Assembly: GCF_003334815.1 (NCBI RefSeq)
Contig: NZ_QOWO01000049.1
DNA length: 23,721 bases
Source: Escherichia coli
Lineage (GTDB): Bacteria; Pseudomonadota; Gammaproteobacteria; Enterobacterales; Enterobacteriaceae
Strand: one strand, 5' to 3'
This document shows positions 10,009 to 19,241 of the stretch, one piece after another (the stretch's first letter is position 1; each line of letters starts with the position of its first letter). Under the pieces are notes generated by a model. That model ran no database searches. It saw nothing but the letters and a program-made list of their open reading frames with translations, and was not told where the DNA came from. The position numbers and the translations under genes are program-made.

Positions 10009-10995
10009 TTACAGAAAGACGCAGTTGCGCTTACGCCAGAAGAGATACCCAAAGTTACGCCGGTCATTGGGCATGTTCTTGCCCGCTTCCCAGCGGGTTA
10101 CGCTACGCCCCAGCGGATGACACTGTCCGGCATCGGGATACTTGTTGACCATGTGATATCGCCAGCGGCTTTTGGGGATGATCGGGGATGGATATTCAAA
10201 GCAGACAGCCCTGTTTTCACCGATGCTGTTCATGATCATGCCCTGGCGGTGAAGCTTGAACGCCATGCGCTCACTGAGTAACAGTGACGTCTGTAACGGA
10301 CTGAATTCGTTAGAAACATAGCCGTTAAACGGGTACATACTGCCCTGACTGCCGGCACACCAGAAAAGGGCGTCGATGGGTTTACTCACCAGACTGGCCA
10401 CGGCATCAGCGGCACAGGCTCCCTGGGCGATGATGTTGCCAAAGAGAATCGCTTCCGGCTGGATAATCATGCTGAGAGAGCTGCTGTCCCACATGGGATC
10501 AAGTTCCGACAGATAACCAATATCCAGGTCGCCACCCTGCAGGCAGCCCATCGACGTGATAATGTTCAGCCAGTAGGTGAGCGGGTATTTGTACCAGTGA
10601 ACATGGTAGAAGGCCCCCGGTTTGGCGCGGCTTTCCTGACCACCACTGCCGCTGCCCACATTACCAATATTGATATTAAAGCCCCCCAGATTCACCATGC
10701 AGTAAGGGGAGCGTGTCACATCCGTCAGCGCCATCGGCTCCCAGTAACCAATGGCCAGCCCCACCCGGTATAAAATGCCCATCGGGCAAAACTGGATCGG
10801 CATGGAAGGATTCGGCGTATCCGGCTGACGTCCTTTGGCGACCGGAACATTGCCAATGGTTACCGGAAAAATACACTCCCAGCAGATATCGGTGATAGGA
10901 TTAACAAAATTACCTTCACATTCAGCCGAAGCGGCTCTGGCCGTACCGGTCAGGCATAACAACATCAGCGCCAGTCCTGTTACATAACGGTTCAT
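10009..10995 (-). CDS. traU: TraU, F-type pilus assembly protein
   Basis: 328 aa; long stretches match remembered F TraU (CEGRFVNPITDICW, PSMPIQ-CP, GLAIGYWEPMALTDVTRSP, HVHWYKYPLTYWLNIITS, C-terminal FGYLxWRKRNCVFL). Confidence 0.95.
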   Translation of the reverse strand: MNRYVTGLALMLLCLTGTARAASAECEGNFVNPITDICWECIFPVTIGNVPVAKGRQPDTPNPSMPIQFCPMGILYRVGLAIGYWEPMALTDVTRSPYCMVNLGGFNINIGNVGSGSGGQESRAKPGAFYHVHWYKYPLTYWLNIITSMGCLQGGDLDIGYLSELDPMWDSSSLSMIIQPEAILFGNIIAQGACAADAVASLVSKPIDALFWCAGSQGSMYPFNGYVSNEFSPLQTSLLLSERMAFKLHRQGMIMNSIGENRAVCFEYPSPIIPKSRWRYHMVNKYPDAGQCHPLGRSVTRWEAGKNMPNDRRNFGYLFWRKRNCVFL

Positions 10996-11627
10996 GGCTT
11001 CACCTCCGGCACATCCAGTGCAAACGAATCCACCCGCAGACGGCGACGATCTTCCGCCAGCGTCACACGGGCCGGGATGGTTTTGAGTTCAAACTTCCGG
11101 CTGAGCGAGCCATCCTGATCGAAGTAAATGCGTGTATTCAGGGCATTGGTCGCTTCTCGAACATCCCCATTGACCAGTATGACGCGGTACGTCAGCGTGC
11201 CGGGATTCTGCTTCTTCATCCACGCCAGCTGCTGCGGATTATCCGCATCAATAAAATACAGCGTGTCGGTAAAGGGCACCGTATCAAGCGGATTAATCAC
11301 CTGTCCCTTACGGGCAAACACCCGCCCCTGATGGTCTTTCAGATCTTCACTGACCATCAGCGATGGATCGATATAGTGCGTGGTGTTTTCCTGCGCCAAT
11401 GTCAGCCCTTCCACCGGCTTAGGACGCAGGGTGTTTTCTATGACACGCTGTTTGAATGCTTCCTGCTCCCGGGCCATCTCACCACTGGCCTCCATTGCTT
11501 TCAGCCGGGTCTGAATGGTGGTCAGCATGTCCTGCTCGGCAATGGGGTACATCTCCCCCCATGTGCCCAGGTTTTTTGCCTGTACCATGCCGGACAGGGC
11601 AAGCAGTATGAGCAGACGTCGGTACAT
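10992..11627 (-). CDS. traW: TraW, F-type pilus assembly protein
   Basis: 211 aa with signal peptide (F TraW 210 aa); canonical position; ATGA-type overlap with traU start and TAA/ATG overlap with trbI. Confidence 0.88.
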   Translation of the reverse strand: MYRRLLILLALSGMVQAKNLGTWGEMYPIAEQDMLTTIQTRLKAMEASGEMAREQEAFKQRVIENTLRPKPVEGLTLAQENTTHYIDPSLMVSEDLKDHQGRVFARKGQVINPLDTVPFTDTLYFIDADNPQQLAWMKKQNPGTLTYRVILVNGDVREATNALNTRIYFDQDGSLSRKFELKTIPARVTLAEDRRRLRVDSFALDVPEVKP

Positions 11628-12091
11628 TACTGCCCCCCTCCGGCGGCCATTTTTTGTGCCACTGCAGACTGAATTTCACCGGTAATGTCTGCCGCACCGC
11701 TGACCACCGCCGGCGTCACCAGGATAAGGACGTTGTGATCGCGCTGGTATTCCTGAAGTTCTGTGCTAAGTGTCTGCATAAAGCGTTCTGTCAGGACGCT
11801 CATCTGCGCCTCATTCAGGGACTGTGCCCCCGCCTGGTCGGTGAACTGATCGACCGTGCCCTTCATATCAAAAGACACAACCGTCGGTGTACGCCAGCTA
11901 ATCAGCAGAGACGTGACCGCCGCGTTAACGCACAGAACAGTGGCAGCGACCAGCAGCAGATTACGCAGACAACGGCGACGGCGTTGCTCCCGCCGGCTCC
12001 CTTTAACATTAATATTCCCCCCTTTTCTGACTGACTCAGCAGAAACAGAGGATTCAGACAGTGCTGAGTTAAGGTTTTGCTCTGTGGTCAT
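11627..12091 (-). CDS. trbI: TrbI, F-type inner-membrane pilus retraction/assembly protein
   Basis: 154 aa with a single TM segment after a basic stretch; canonical position between traC and traW; start overlaps the traC stop. Confidence 0.8.
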   Translation of the reverse strand: MTTEQNLNSALSESSVSAESVRKGGNINVKGSRREQRRRRCLRNLLLVAATVLCVNAAVTSLLISWRTPTVVSFDMKGTVDQFTDQAGAQSLNEAQMSVLTERFMQTLSTELQEYQRDHNVLILVTPAVVSGAADITGEIQSAVAQKMAAGGGQ

Positions 12092-14679
12092 GCTGCCTCC
12101 GCAAGCGCTTCCAGTTCGCGCATCTCATCAGGGAAGTTGCGTTGTGCCAGCAGGTAGACGGCGTCATGGATATCCATGTTCTGTTCCCGGCACTGGCGGA
12201 TAAATTCGAAGTCATCGCCCTTTGAACTGAACATCGCGCGACTGAGCGGATCGACAAAGAGACGATGGAAACTGCAGGTATCGTTGATGCGCAGCATAAA
12301 GGAGGAGAACCACTGGTCTTTGGCATCCCCGAATTTGGAGATAACGCTGCGCTCCAGCTCACTGAACTGGTTGGGGCGGTTCTGGTTGTACTGTTTGAAT
12401 TCCGACGCATCCTGCTTGAGAACCACCTTGAAGGCAGAGTTACCCCAGGCTGCTTTTGCTGCGCCGGAGGCATCATCGGCATCAAAGTCCTTGATGTTCT
12501 GACTTATGGTGATGAACGCGCCACGGTGACGTCGCACAGTGCGGTAGCCGGTCTCAATGAACTCACCGACCTTCTCATTTTTGAAGTTGAGCAGCTTCCA
12601 GCCTTCGTCGATGGTGCAGCACTTCTTCAGGCTGCGCGGCGTGCGGTACATCTTGTCCTCGATGTAGATGATGAGGGAGAACATCACCGCAACCAGCAGA
12701 TCAGGCTTGTCCTGCAGGCCGCCCAGCTCCAGGACGATAAAGCGGGCATCGTCGGTCAGTGACGGCTCATCGCTGTTGAAATATTCACCGTAAATTCCCC
12801 AGGAGCAGTATTTCCCGAGTAGCTCGATAATTTCATCCAGTCGGTTGGTGATGCCCGGCGAATTCTGGTATTTATCATGCTCACGGATAGCCGTCAGCTT
12901 ATGGACGACATGGTCAATACGGGCGGTTTCCTTGTGTTCTTCCCAGGCCTCCTGAACCCCGCGCAACAGCAGGCTGTGGTGGACTTCATCCAGCGTACCG
13001 TTAGGGCTTGCCAGCACAGCCAGCTGGTCACGAATACGTTCCCCGGACTCATTGATGTTAGAGATGTTGGCAAACGGATTGAATTTGAGTGACTTACCGT
13101 CAAGGTAGGTGCCACCCACGTTCTCACAGAACGATTTGTAGCCGTCCCCCATGTCAAACACCCAGGCGATACCGCCGGAGTCCAGCACGCTGCGCAGGAT
13201 AGGCTGCACCAGGCCGGTCTTGCCTGCCCCCGAGGTACCGGTGACCGCCATGTTGTAGTTGGTGTTGCCCATCCCGTCCCCGTAGATATCGAGGAAGGCC
13301 AGCTGGTTACGGTAGGACGGTGTCAGCAGTCCCCCCTGACACAGTCGGTTGTCGGCCACCACCGGCAGCAGATTCACGGCCTGGATACTCTCCGCCCGGC
13401 ACGTGGCTCCGCCCATTTTAATGTCCTCCCAGAGCCCTTCCGCATGAATGAAGGGGATCATCGCTATCCAGTTGCGGAACTGCATATAGGTCGGGGAAAA
13501 CAGCTCTATACCGTTTTTCTTGAACGTATTGATAACCTTCTGTTCGCAGACCAGCGCATCCTCATCCGTATCCGGACAGAATGTGGTGATGTTATAGTAA
13601 TAACGAACAATACAGGTCTGGTTGCTGTTAAGACGCTCGCGGATTTCCTTCCACTCCTGGGCCTGTTTGGCCACACCGGGAAACAGGGTGGCATAGGGGG
13701 ATTTCGCTTTTTTGTCCCGGTCGAGATACTTGCGTGTGGCCTCCCCTTGCGTTGCCACCTGGTCCTCGGCCTCCATTACCATGGTGATGACAAACGGGCT
13801 GGCAATGGTCAGGTCCGGGCTGAGCAGATTGGATAGGTTATCGCCGCCCATCCACAGCATGAACATATCCGGGTTATTTTCCAGCATAAAGTTCATGGCC
13901 CGTGTTGTGGTCACACTGCCCTGCCTGTCAGCCAGGCTGATACGCACATCGTCAGGACGCACATCGATACCGATACGCTGATCAATACAGCGCTGATGCA
14001 GTTCATCAAATTTGCCGACACGTACGTCGTCCGGATACAACTGATCATGGCGGGCATTCAGCATCCCGTGAACCAGCGTGGCCAGTTCCTGAGCATCTGC
14101 CGTCTGTGTGAAAATTTTTGCCGCATCCAGTGAAGAACGAAGAACTTTCAGTGTGTGGGCAACCTCCGTCATGACCGCCGCCGTGCGTTTCCTGGCTTTC
14201 ACACAGTAGGAGATATACAGGCGGTAGTCCCGCAGGGTCAGCGGCAACCCCGTAGGACTGTTGAACTGCTGCTGTGCAGCACGCCGGTAAAACGCCCGCG
14301 TGATACGGTTAAATTTATCCGCACGCTTACCCTGCCAGCGGAATTCAGACAGGCCACGATCCAGCTGCTCGCCAATCAGCTTACTGGACACCAGGTGGAA
14401 GGAAATCGGTGTCTTACGCGGCAGCTTGCTTTTGATGAGGTCTTCCAGCACATACACTATCTGTTCGTTAGCACCGATAAGGGGTTCCGCCCGCAGCAGA
14501 AAACCAACCGTACTGCGGTTCACAAACAGCCCGGAGTCACGGTCATAGTCGCGATACGGCAGGACGCTGGTCAGCTGCGGAAAATCCAGACTGGCCAGAT
14601 TACGCGTCATCTCAGATGCACCATCCGGCATACGGAAAGCATTCGTGAGGTTCTCCAGCACGCTCAGAAATTTTTTCAC
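12088..14679 (-). CDS. traC: TraC, F-type T4SS ATPase (VirB4 family)
   Basis: 863 aa; Walker A GTSGAGKTGL; long blocks matching remembered F TraC (LPYRDY, NYNMAV-GTSGAGKTGL-QP-IRSVLDSGG, VFDMGDGYKS-CEN-GG-YLDG, LLVAVMFSLIIYIE-MYRTPR-LKK, FVDPLSRAM-SS). Apparent GTG start at 14677-14679 with AAGGAGG upstream. Confidence 0.95.
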   Translation of the reverse strand: MKKFLSVLENLTNAFRMPDGASEMTRNLASLDFPQLTSVLPYRDYDRDSGLFVNRSTVGFLLRAEPLIGANEQIVYVLEDLIKSKLPRKTPISFHLVSSKLIGEQLDRGLSEFRWQGKRADKFNRITRAFYRRAAQQQFNSPTGLPLTLRDYRLYISYCVKARKRTAAVMTEVAHTLKVLRSSLDAAKIFTQTADAQELATLVHGMLNARHDQLYPDDVRVGKFDELHQRCIDQRIGIDVRPDDVRISLADRQGSVTTTRAMNFMLENNPDMFMLWMGGDNLSNLLSPDLTIASPFVITMVMEAEDQVATQGEATRKYLDRDKKAKSPYATLFPGVAKQAQEWKEIRERLNSNQTCIVRYYYNITTFCPDTDEDALVCEQKVINTFKKNGIELFSPTYMQFRNWIAMIPFIHAEGLWEDIKMGGATCRAESIQAVNLLPVVADNRLCQGGLLTPSYRNQLAFLDIYGDGMGNTNYNMAVTGTSGAGKTGLVQPILRSVLDSGGIAWVFDMGDGYKSFCENVGGTYLDGKSLKFNPFANISNINESGERIRDQLAVLASPNGTLDEVHHSLLLRGVQEAWEEHKETARIDHVVHKLTAIREHDKYQNSPGITNRLDEIIELLGKYCSWGIYGEYFNSDEPSLTDDARFIVLELGGLQDKPDLLVAVMFSLIIYIEDKMYRTPRSLKKCCTIDEGWKLLNFKNEKVGEFIETGYRTVRRHRGAFITISQNIKDFDADDASGAAKAAWGNSAFKVVLKQDASEFKQYNQNRPNQFSELERSVISKFGDAKDQWFSSFMLRINDTCSFHRLFVDPLSRAMFSSKGDDFEFIRQCREQNMDIHDAVYLLAQRNFPDEMRELEALAEAA

Positions 14680-14689
14680 CAGAACCTCC

Positions 14690-15289
14690 TTAATTTATGC
14701 GGGCCGGAAGGACCCAGTCAGCAGGGCTGACCACAAAAGAGACACGACCGGGCTGATGGAAAGCGTTATCGCTGTCCACCCAGGGCGCGATCCAGACGGT
14801 AGCGATGCGATCCCGGCTGCGCTGAGGATGTACAGAGCCGGGATTATCACAACGCACGGTCTGGCATGAGGGAGCCGGATTGCCCACGGACACAGCCGGA
14901 CGCGAAACTGGTGTTACCGGCGTTCCGGCAACCAGACGGGGCGTCAGGGTTGGCGCTGCGGCATTCGTGCTTTTACCTGTTGCGCCGTCAACTGATACTG
15001 CAGGTTTGTTGCTGGTTACCTGTATACGGGAAGAGGTGCTGACAGCAGAGCGGGATGCTGACGGAAGCACCGCCGCAGAAGTGGCCGGGAGATTAACCAG
15101 GGAAGGCAGTCCGCCCGCAGCCGGCTTTCCCGCCTGTTTTGCCGCCTTGTCCCGTGCCAGCTGGTTGGCTTTCGTCATGGTCATACAGGTATCAGACGTT
15201 GTGGCATCACAGTCAAAGCTGCTTTTAACGCCGGCACAGCCGGTCAACAGCAGGACACTGCCTGCCAGCAAAAATGTAATTTTTTTCAT
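14690..15289 (-). CDS. traV: TraV, F-type outer-membrane lipoprotein of the core complex
   Basis: 199 aa; lipobox LLTGCAG and conserved CDATTSDTCMTM block as in F TraV; C-terminal WIAPWVD-D--HQP block; RBS AGGA before ATG 15287-15289. Confidence 0.88.
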   Translation of the reverse strand: MKKITFLLAGSVLLLTGCAGVKSSFDCDATTSDTCMTMTKANQLARDKAAKQAGKPAAGGLPSLVNLPATSAAVLPSASRSAVSTSSRIQVTSNKPAVSVDGATGKSTNAAAPTLTPRLVAGTPVTPVSRPAVSVGNPAPSCQTVRCDNPGSVHPQRSRDRIATVWIAPWVDSDNAFHQPGRVSFVVSPADWVLPARIN

Positions 15290-15348
15290 CGCTGTTTCCT
15301 GAAAAATTATGCTCTGAAGGGTCTGGCTGGCTGCGAAAGCGCAGCGCT

Positions 15349-15759
15349 TTATTTATCATGATGCCCGTCCCCTGGCTTCAGCGGATACCAGACGTTGCAG
15401 TTCTGACGGATAACCTCCGCCAGCCTCTCCCCGTCCTCACCGCTATACAGTGCTTTAATCTGGCTGACGTCAGACTTCGCCAGGAAAACCCGGTACATCT
15501 GTTGTTTTGTTATGCTCATACCTGACCCCGGTTTTCCCAGGAACAGGCAGTGCCCTCGTTCCCGCTGCAGTACAAGTACGCCCTGAGAAATCCGCGCCTT
15601 CCCCTCAAGGGCGGTAGCGCACGGCAGAGACGCTGAAGGCCAGAAGTCGCTCTCTGCGGCATCAACACAGATGACACGCATCCCTGGATTCTCGCAGCAG
15701 ACCGCAATATCATTAAGGTGGCGGGTCTTACCCGGACTGCCGTTACTGTTGGTTGTCAT
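15349..15759 (-). CDS. Hypothetical protein (about 136 aa) in the traB-traV interval
   Basis: ATG 15757-15759 with RBS AGGAGA 7 nt upstream, overlapping the end of the preceding 61-aa ORF by 17 nt. Soluble, Cys-containing, with degenerate P-loop-like strings (GSPGKT, GKPGSGMS). Occupies the position of traP/trbD/trbG in F but I cannot confirm homology to any of them. Confidence 0.5.
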   Translation of the reverse strand: MTTNSNGSPGKTRHLNDIAVCCENPGMRVICVDAAESDFWPSASLPCATALEGKARISQGVLVLQRERGHCLFLGKPGSGMSITKQQMYRVFLAKSDVSQIKALYSGEDGERLAEVIRQNCNVWYPLKPGDGHHDK

Positions 15760-15928
15760 GATGTTCGTCTCCTGGTTTTTTGCCATCGTTCTGAATGTCT
15801 TTGCGTAATTCACGCCAGTCGCGGAGTTGTCGTTCTGATAAAAAGGTCCGCATAACGTCAACGCTGATGGATGTCTTACCGCTATCGGTTTTCCCCACGA
15901 CCGTCACATTGGTTTTTCTGTTTTTCAT
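15743..15928 (-). CDS. Hypothetical small protein (61 aa) with Walker-A-like motif GKTDSGKT
   Basis: ATG 15926-15928 directly behind a strong RBS (GAGGAGGTGA); begins a few nt after the traR-like stop. Contains VVGKTDSGKTS (GxxxxGKT). Too short to be a stand-alone NTPase. Confidence 0.45.
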   Translation of the reverse strand: MKNRKTNVTVVGKTDSGKTSISVDVMRTFLSERQLRDWRELRKDIQNDGKKPGDEHHDNQQ

Positions 15929-15931
15929 CCT

Positions 15932-16159
15932 TCACCTCCTCAGGCAGTGTTTTTGCCGGATTTCCAGTACCCGCTGGCATTCCGTACAGGTTCGTACACC
16001 GGGTATCGTTTGCTGGCGTTTGAGAGGAATGTCGTTGCCACAGCATTCACACTCGCAGAGGCTTTCTCCCCCTTTTATTAGCAACTGCCGGGCAGCCTGA
16101 ATATGCAGCCGGTTCAGCAGGTCTTCCTGCATCTGTAAATGGTCCAGTACGTCGGCCAT
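15932..16159 (-). CDS. traR: TraR/DksA-family C4 zinc-finger protein
   Basis: About 75 aa from ATG 16157-16159 (RBS AAGGAG 5 nt upstream); CxxC...CxxC motif (CECECCGNDIPLKRQQTIPGVRTCTECQ) aligning with remembered F TraR (CEACGNPIPEARRKIFPGVTLCVECQ). The ORF track's GTG-extended start at 16210 is rejected. Lies upstream of traV rather than between traV and traC as in F. Confidence 0.8.
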   Translation of the reverse strand: MADVLDHLQMQEDLLNRLHIQAARQLLIKGGESLCECECCGNDIPLKRQQTIPGVRTCTECQRVLEIRQKHCLRR

Positions 16160-16270
16160 CGGTTCTCCTTGTTTACGTTGTCCGGACACGCTACCGCCCA
16201 TCCCTTTCACGTCTTTCAGGGCTCTGACTGTTCCGGATTGTGTGGTTCTGGCCGGTATTCCGGCTCCCGT

Positions 16271-17635
16271 TTACTGCGTGATAACCTGGCCTGTAGCCGG
16301 GTCGACGGTGTCCCCCAGCCTGAAGTCCTGCAGGTGTTTAAGCATGTCCGTCGTGTTGCCGGGCATGGCAGCAGGCGCAGATGAGGCTGATGGTTGATTT
16401 TGTTTTTTGCGTGCAGCGGCTTTCGCGCGGGCTTCTTCCAGCGTTTCAAGCTGGAAGCCATCCTGGAAAACCAGGGTGACTTCATTGCCCGCACCAATCG
16501 GAATAACCGGGTGGTATTGTTCAGCACGTTTGATGTAGTAATCAGAGAGTGTTTTGGCCGCAGAACTGACTCCGCCGCCGAGCCCGGCCTGGCCGATTTC
16601 ACCGGCACTCATACTGGCAGTGGCTCCAACGCCCACGGTTGTGGAAGAGGCTTTCTCAATGCCCTTCCCGATACCATCAAGAAAGCCTGATCCCCCCGCA
16701 TACAGCAGGATTTGACCGTTACGCATGACCACTTCGCCCTTGATGCCATTCTTGCCCATAAAGGACACATGACCGGCAATCTTCTGGTCGATATTGTCAT
16801 CACCCAGCTTGCAGCTGATGGAGCGGGTACGGACGATGGCGCGTTCACTGGAAACATCCCCCCAGGCTTCGAGAGTCACAAAACACCCGGTTAGATCGAA
16901 TTCCTGATCGTTAGGCATCTGAACTTTGCCGGTCAGGCGAAGCTGCATCGGGACAGTATTTTTATCGCCGGTGACAGAGGCATTGGCATCAGCGCCTTCC
17001 ACCACAATGGCTTCGGCAAAACTGCCGGAGGAAATCCACGGGAAACGGGGCTTTTCCGGAGCGGTGTCCGGCTGAGTGAATTCATGGCTGTCCATCATTC
17101 CCGGACGCTGAACCGGGGTCATCACCGGTGCGACAGGAGCCTGTCCGCCACCGGCGGGCCAGAAAGTGGTCGGGGGAGGAACATCACCGGCCTGTGCAGC
17201 AGTTTTTCCCTGTGAGGCGAGCGCCCCTGGCAGCGGTTCAGCGCTGAGAGAGTCAAAATTCTTCCCGGCTTCGATTTGTGTCTGCAGGAGTTTATTTTCA
17301 TCTTCCAGCTCACGGATACGCTCCTGAGAGCCTTTCAGATCACGCCCGATAATTCCCATTTCTGTACGCAGCTTTTTAATTTCAGCCTGCGTTTCCTTGT
17401 TCAGACGCTGGGCTTCCGCAATGGCGGAACGCTGGACTTTATTGTCAAAGGACTGATTGACCACCCCGGTCATATCCGGCGCAGGTTCGCCCTTTGGTGC
17501 TTTTGCCGGCGGGGCTTTCTTCAGATTCATCTCGGATACCATCCAGGTTCCTGCCCCACCCGCACCAATACCCAGCACAAGCGCGATAAACAGAGCGAGC
17601 TGACGACGACGAACGATTTTGTTAACGTTGGCCAT
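16271..17635 (-). CDS. traB: TraB, F-type T4SS inner-membrane/core protein (VirB10-like)
   Basis: About 454 aa from ATG 17633-17635 (RBS GGGGAGGG upstream); N-terminus MANVNKIVRRRQ resembles F TraB MASINTIVKRKQ; conserved C-terminal blocks (SGSFA-A-VEGADANASVTG, GCFV-LEAWGDVSSERAIVRTR, GKNGIKGEVVMRNG, YYIKRAEQYHPVIPIGAGNEVT-VFQDGFQL). Confidence 0.93.
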   Translation of the reverse strand: MANVNKIVRRRQLALFIALVLGIGAGGAGTWMVSEMNLKKAPPAKAPKGEPAPDMTGVVNQSFDNKVQRSAIAEAQRLNKETQAEIKKLRTEMGIIGRDLKGSQERIRELEDENKLLQTQIEAGKNFDSLSAEPLPGALASQGKTAAQAGDVPPPTTFWPAGGGQAPVAPVMTPVQRPGMMDSHEFTQPDTAPEKPRFPWISSGSFAEAIVVEGADANASVTGDKNTVPMQLRLTGKVQMPNDQEFDLTGCFVTLEAWGDVSSERAIVRTRSISCKLGDDNIDQKIAGHVSFMGKNGIKGEVVMRNGQILLYAGGSGFLDGIGKGIEKASSTTVGVGATASMSAGEIGQAGLGGGVSSAAKTLSDYYIKRAEQYHPVIPIGAGNEVTLVFQDGFQLETLEEARAKAAARKKQNQPSASSAPAAMPGNTTDMLKHLQDFRLGDTVDPATGQVITQ

Positions 17636-18362
17636 CTGTTCCCTCCCCGTTTTCACGGATAACGGTGACAGTCAGCCGTCCCCCGCCCATCAGGGTCTGT
17701 GCATTGCTGTCAAACATGACGGCACGAACTCCGGGCTTCCAGAAGTCCTGCTCACGCAGAGCCACTCCCCACGTATTTGCATTGCGTAGTTCATAACTAT
17801 CGACCCGTAACTTGTCGCCCGACCATGCTTTCTGCGGCGTGGCGGAAAACCCATCCGGTACGTTGATACCGTCCGCAAGCGGTTTCACCTCGCCATAGCC
17901 ATCAGGCATCGTGTCTGTCAGCACAGCCCGGTTGAGTGCGATGAGCAGTTTTTCGTAAGCCTGAGCGGTTTCCCAGTGGCGGGTTTCTGGGCGCGACGGA
18001 GGTTCTGCACTCATCAGTCGGTAGACTCGCCCCTCACCTTTGACGGGCGTGGCCACAACAGAGAAGGTTTGCCCCAGGGCAGTTTCCACATACAGCGTGA
18101 AGGCCCGGGTAGCCACGGAAGTGAACAGCACCCCGCCGGCAGACGTCAGTCGTTTATCTGCCAGCATCCCGTTCTGAGCTGTGATGGCTGTGACTTTATC
18201 TCCCGGAATAAAAATCATATTGGGATCGGTATTACTGATACTGAGCCGGAACTGCCCCCCCTGCGGAAAGCTGAGTGTGGCAGGTGACTGTGCATATACT
18301 GTCACAGGCGAAGTGACCATCAGGGCGGTGCCCAAAAGCAGCGCTGGAAAGTTATTTTTCAT
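17622..18362 (-). CDS. traK: TraK, F-type secretin-like core complex protein
   Basis: 246 aa with signal peptide (F TraK 242 aa); canonical position; overlaps traE stop and traB start. Confidence 0.88.
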   Translation of the reverse strand: MKNNFPALLLGTALMVTSPVTVYAQSPATLSFPQGGQFRLSISNTDPNMIFIPGDKVTAITAQNGMLADKRLTSAGGVLFTSVATRAFTLYVETALGQTFSVVATPVKGEGRVYRLMSAEPPSRPETRHWETAQAYEKLLIALNRAVLTDTMPDGYGEVKPLADGINVPDGFSATPQKAWSGDKLRVDSYELRNANTWGVALREQDFWKPGVRAVMFDSNAQTLMGGGRLTVTVIRENGEGTDGQR

Positions 18363-18915
18363 TGGTTACCTCATAGAAACGGCCAATGCGGGTAAAGCCA
18401 CCGGCGTACTTAAGGCGGAGACGATAGTTTTTTAATTCCGTGGTGGGTTTTGAGTTGCCGATCCACATTTTCAGCACCCCCCTGACATCCACGCGCCCGT
18501 CTACGGGATAGACATTGATTTCCGTGGTGTAGAATGTGGAATTCACATCACTGGCCTTTATCTGTGCAGCCTCTTCCTGCAGAACTTTTTTAAATTCCTC
18601 TCTGACTTCTGGTTCGACAAAAGACATCAGAAAAGCGTGGTTTGAATCTACCGTTTCGGGGGAGACGTTAAGACGCAGGGCCAGGAAGGACAGCGTCATC
18701 ATCCGGAAAAACTCGGTATCCGCTTTTGTTTCAGATACCGCGAAAGGCGCGTTATAGGTCATCGGGGTAACGACCGTACGCTGTTCATGAATGAGTGTTC
18801 TGTTAGTCACCGCCAGCCAGGTAACAGCAAACCCCAGAATAAATACCAGAGCCGTGAGTGACAGAATAATAATGGCAATAATTTTGGTGGATGAGTTACG
18901 AGCGCTTATTTCCAT
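18352..18915 (-). CDS. traE: TraE, F-type pilus assembly inner-membrane protein
   Basis: 187 aa (F TraE 188 aa), single N-terminal TM; blocks match F TraE (NEQRT-VTPM-FNAPFAVS, LSF-ALRLNVS-ETVD, VRGVLK-WIG-SKP). Confidence 0.9.
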   Translation of the reverse strand: MEISARNSSTKIIAIIILSLTALVFILGFAVTWLAVTNRTLIHEQRTVVTPMTYNAPFAVSETKADTEFFRMMTLSFLALRLNVSPETVDSNHAFLMSFVEPEVREEFKKVLQEEAAQIKASDVNSTFYTTEINVYPVDGRVDVRGVLKMWIGNSKPTTELKNYRLRLKYAGGFTRIGRFYEVTNEK

Positions 18916-18934
18916 AAGATGGCCCTGTAATATT

Positions 18935-19240
18935 TTATTTTATCCATTTCCTGTAACTGGAGTCGGGAATAACGCGGTAGACAACCCGGAATAATTCAAC
19001 AGGCAGATGCCAGTAGCACCAGTTATATAACCAGCGGGAACTCTTTCCGCGTTTTGCCGCCCGGATTAGCTGCCAGACCACTGTCGCAATAATCAGACCA
19101 AATACATATTTCTTGGCGAAAAATCCCCACAGCACTAACACAGCTGCGGGGATGGCTTCATCAAGCGGCAGTCCGATAATACGGTTCTGCTCTGACAGAG
19201 TTTTCGGGAAACGGAATTTTTCTAAATCGTTTCCCGACAT
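18935..19240 (-). CDS. traL: TraL, F-type pilus assembly membrane protein
   Basis: 101 aa; FRFP-TL and GLPLDE-IPAA motifs and C-terminal VPDS--R-WIK as in F TraL; starts 1 nt after the traA stop. Confidence 0.85.
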   Translation of the reverse strand: MSGNDLEKFRFPKTLSEQNRIIGLPLDEAIPAAVLVLWGFFAKKYVFGLIIATVVWQLIRAAKRGKSSRWLYNWCYWHLPVELFRVVYRVIPDSSYRKWIK

Positions 19241-19241
19241 A

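Noticed and set aside
15330-15351. Hairpin GCTGCG-AAAG-CGCAGC followed by T-rich sequence on the plus strand between traV and the 136-aa ORF
   Set aside because: Terminator-like only in the antisense orientation relative to the operon; short stem; probably coincidental.
15743-15928. Possibility that the 61-aa and 136-aa ORFs are two halves of one frameshifted P-loop protein
   Set aside because: Each ORF has its own well-placed strong RBS and ATG, and the 17-nt overlap resembles ordinary translational coupling; tentatively treated as two genes, though a pseudogene origin cannot be excluded without homologs.
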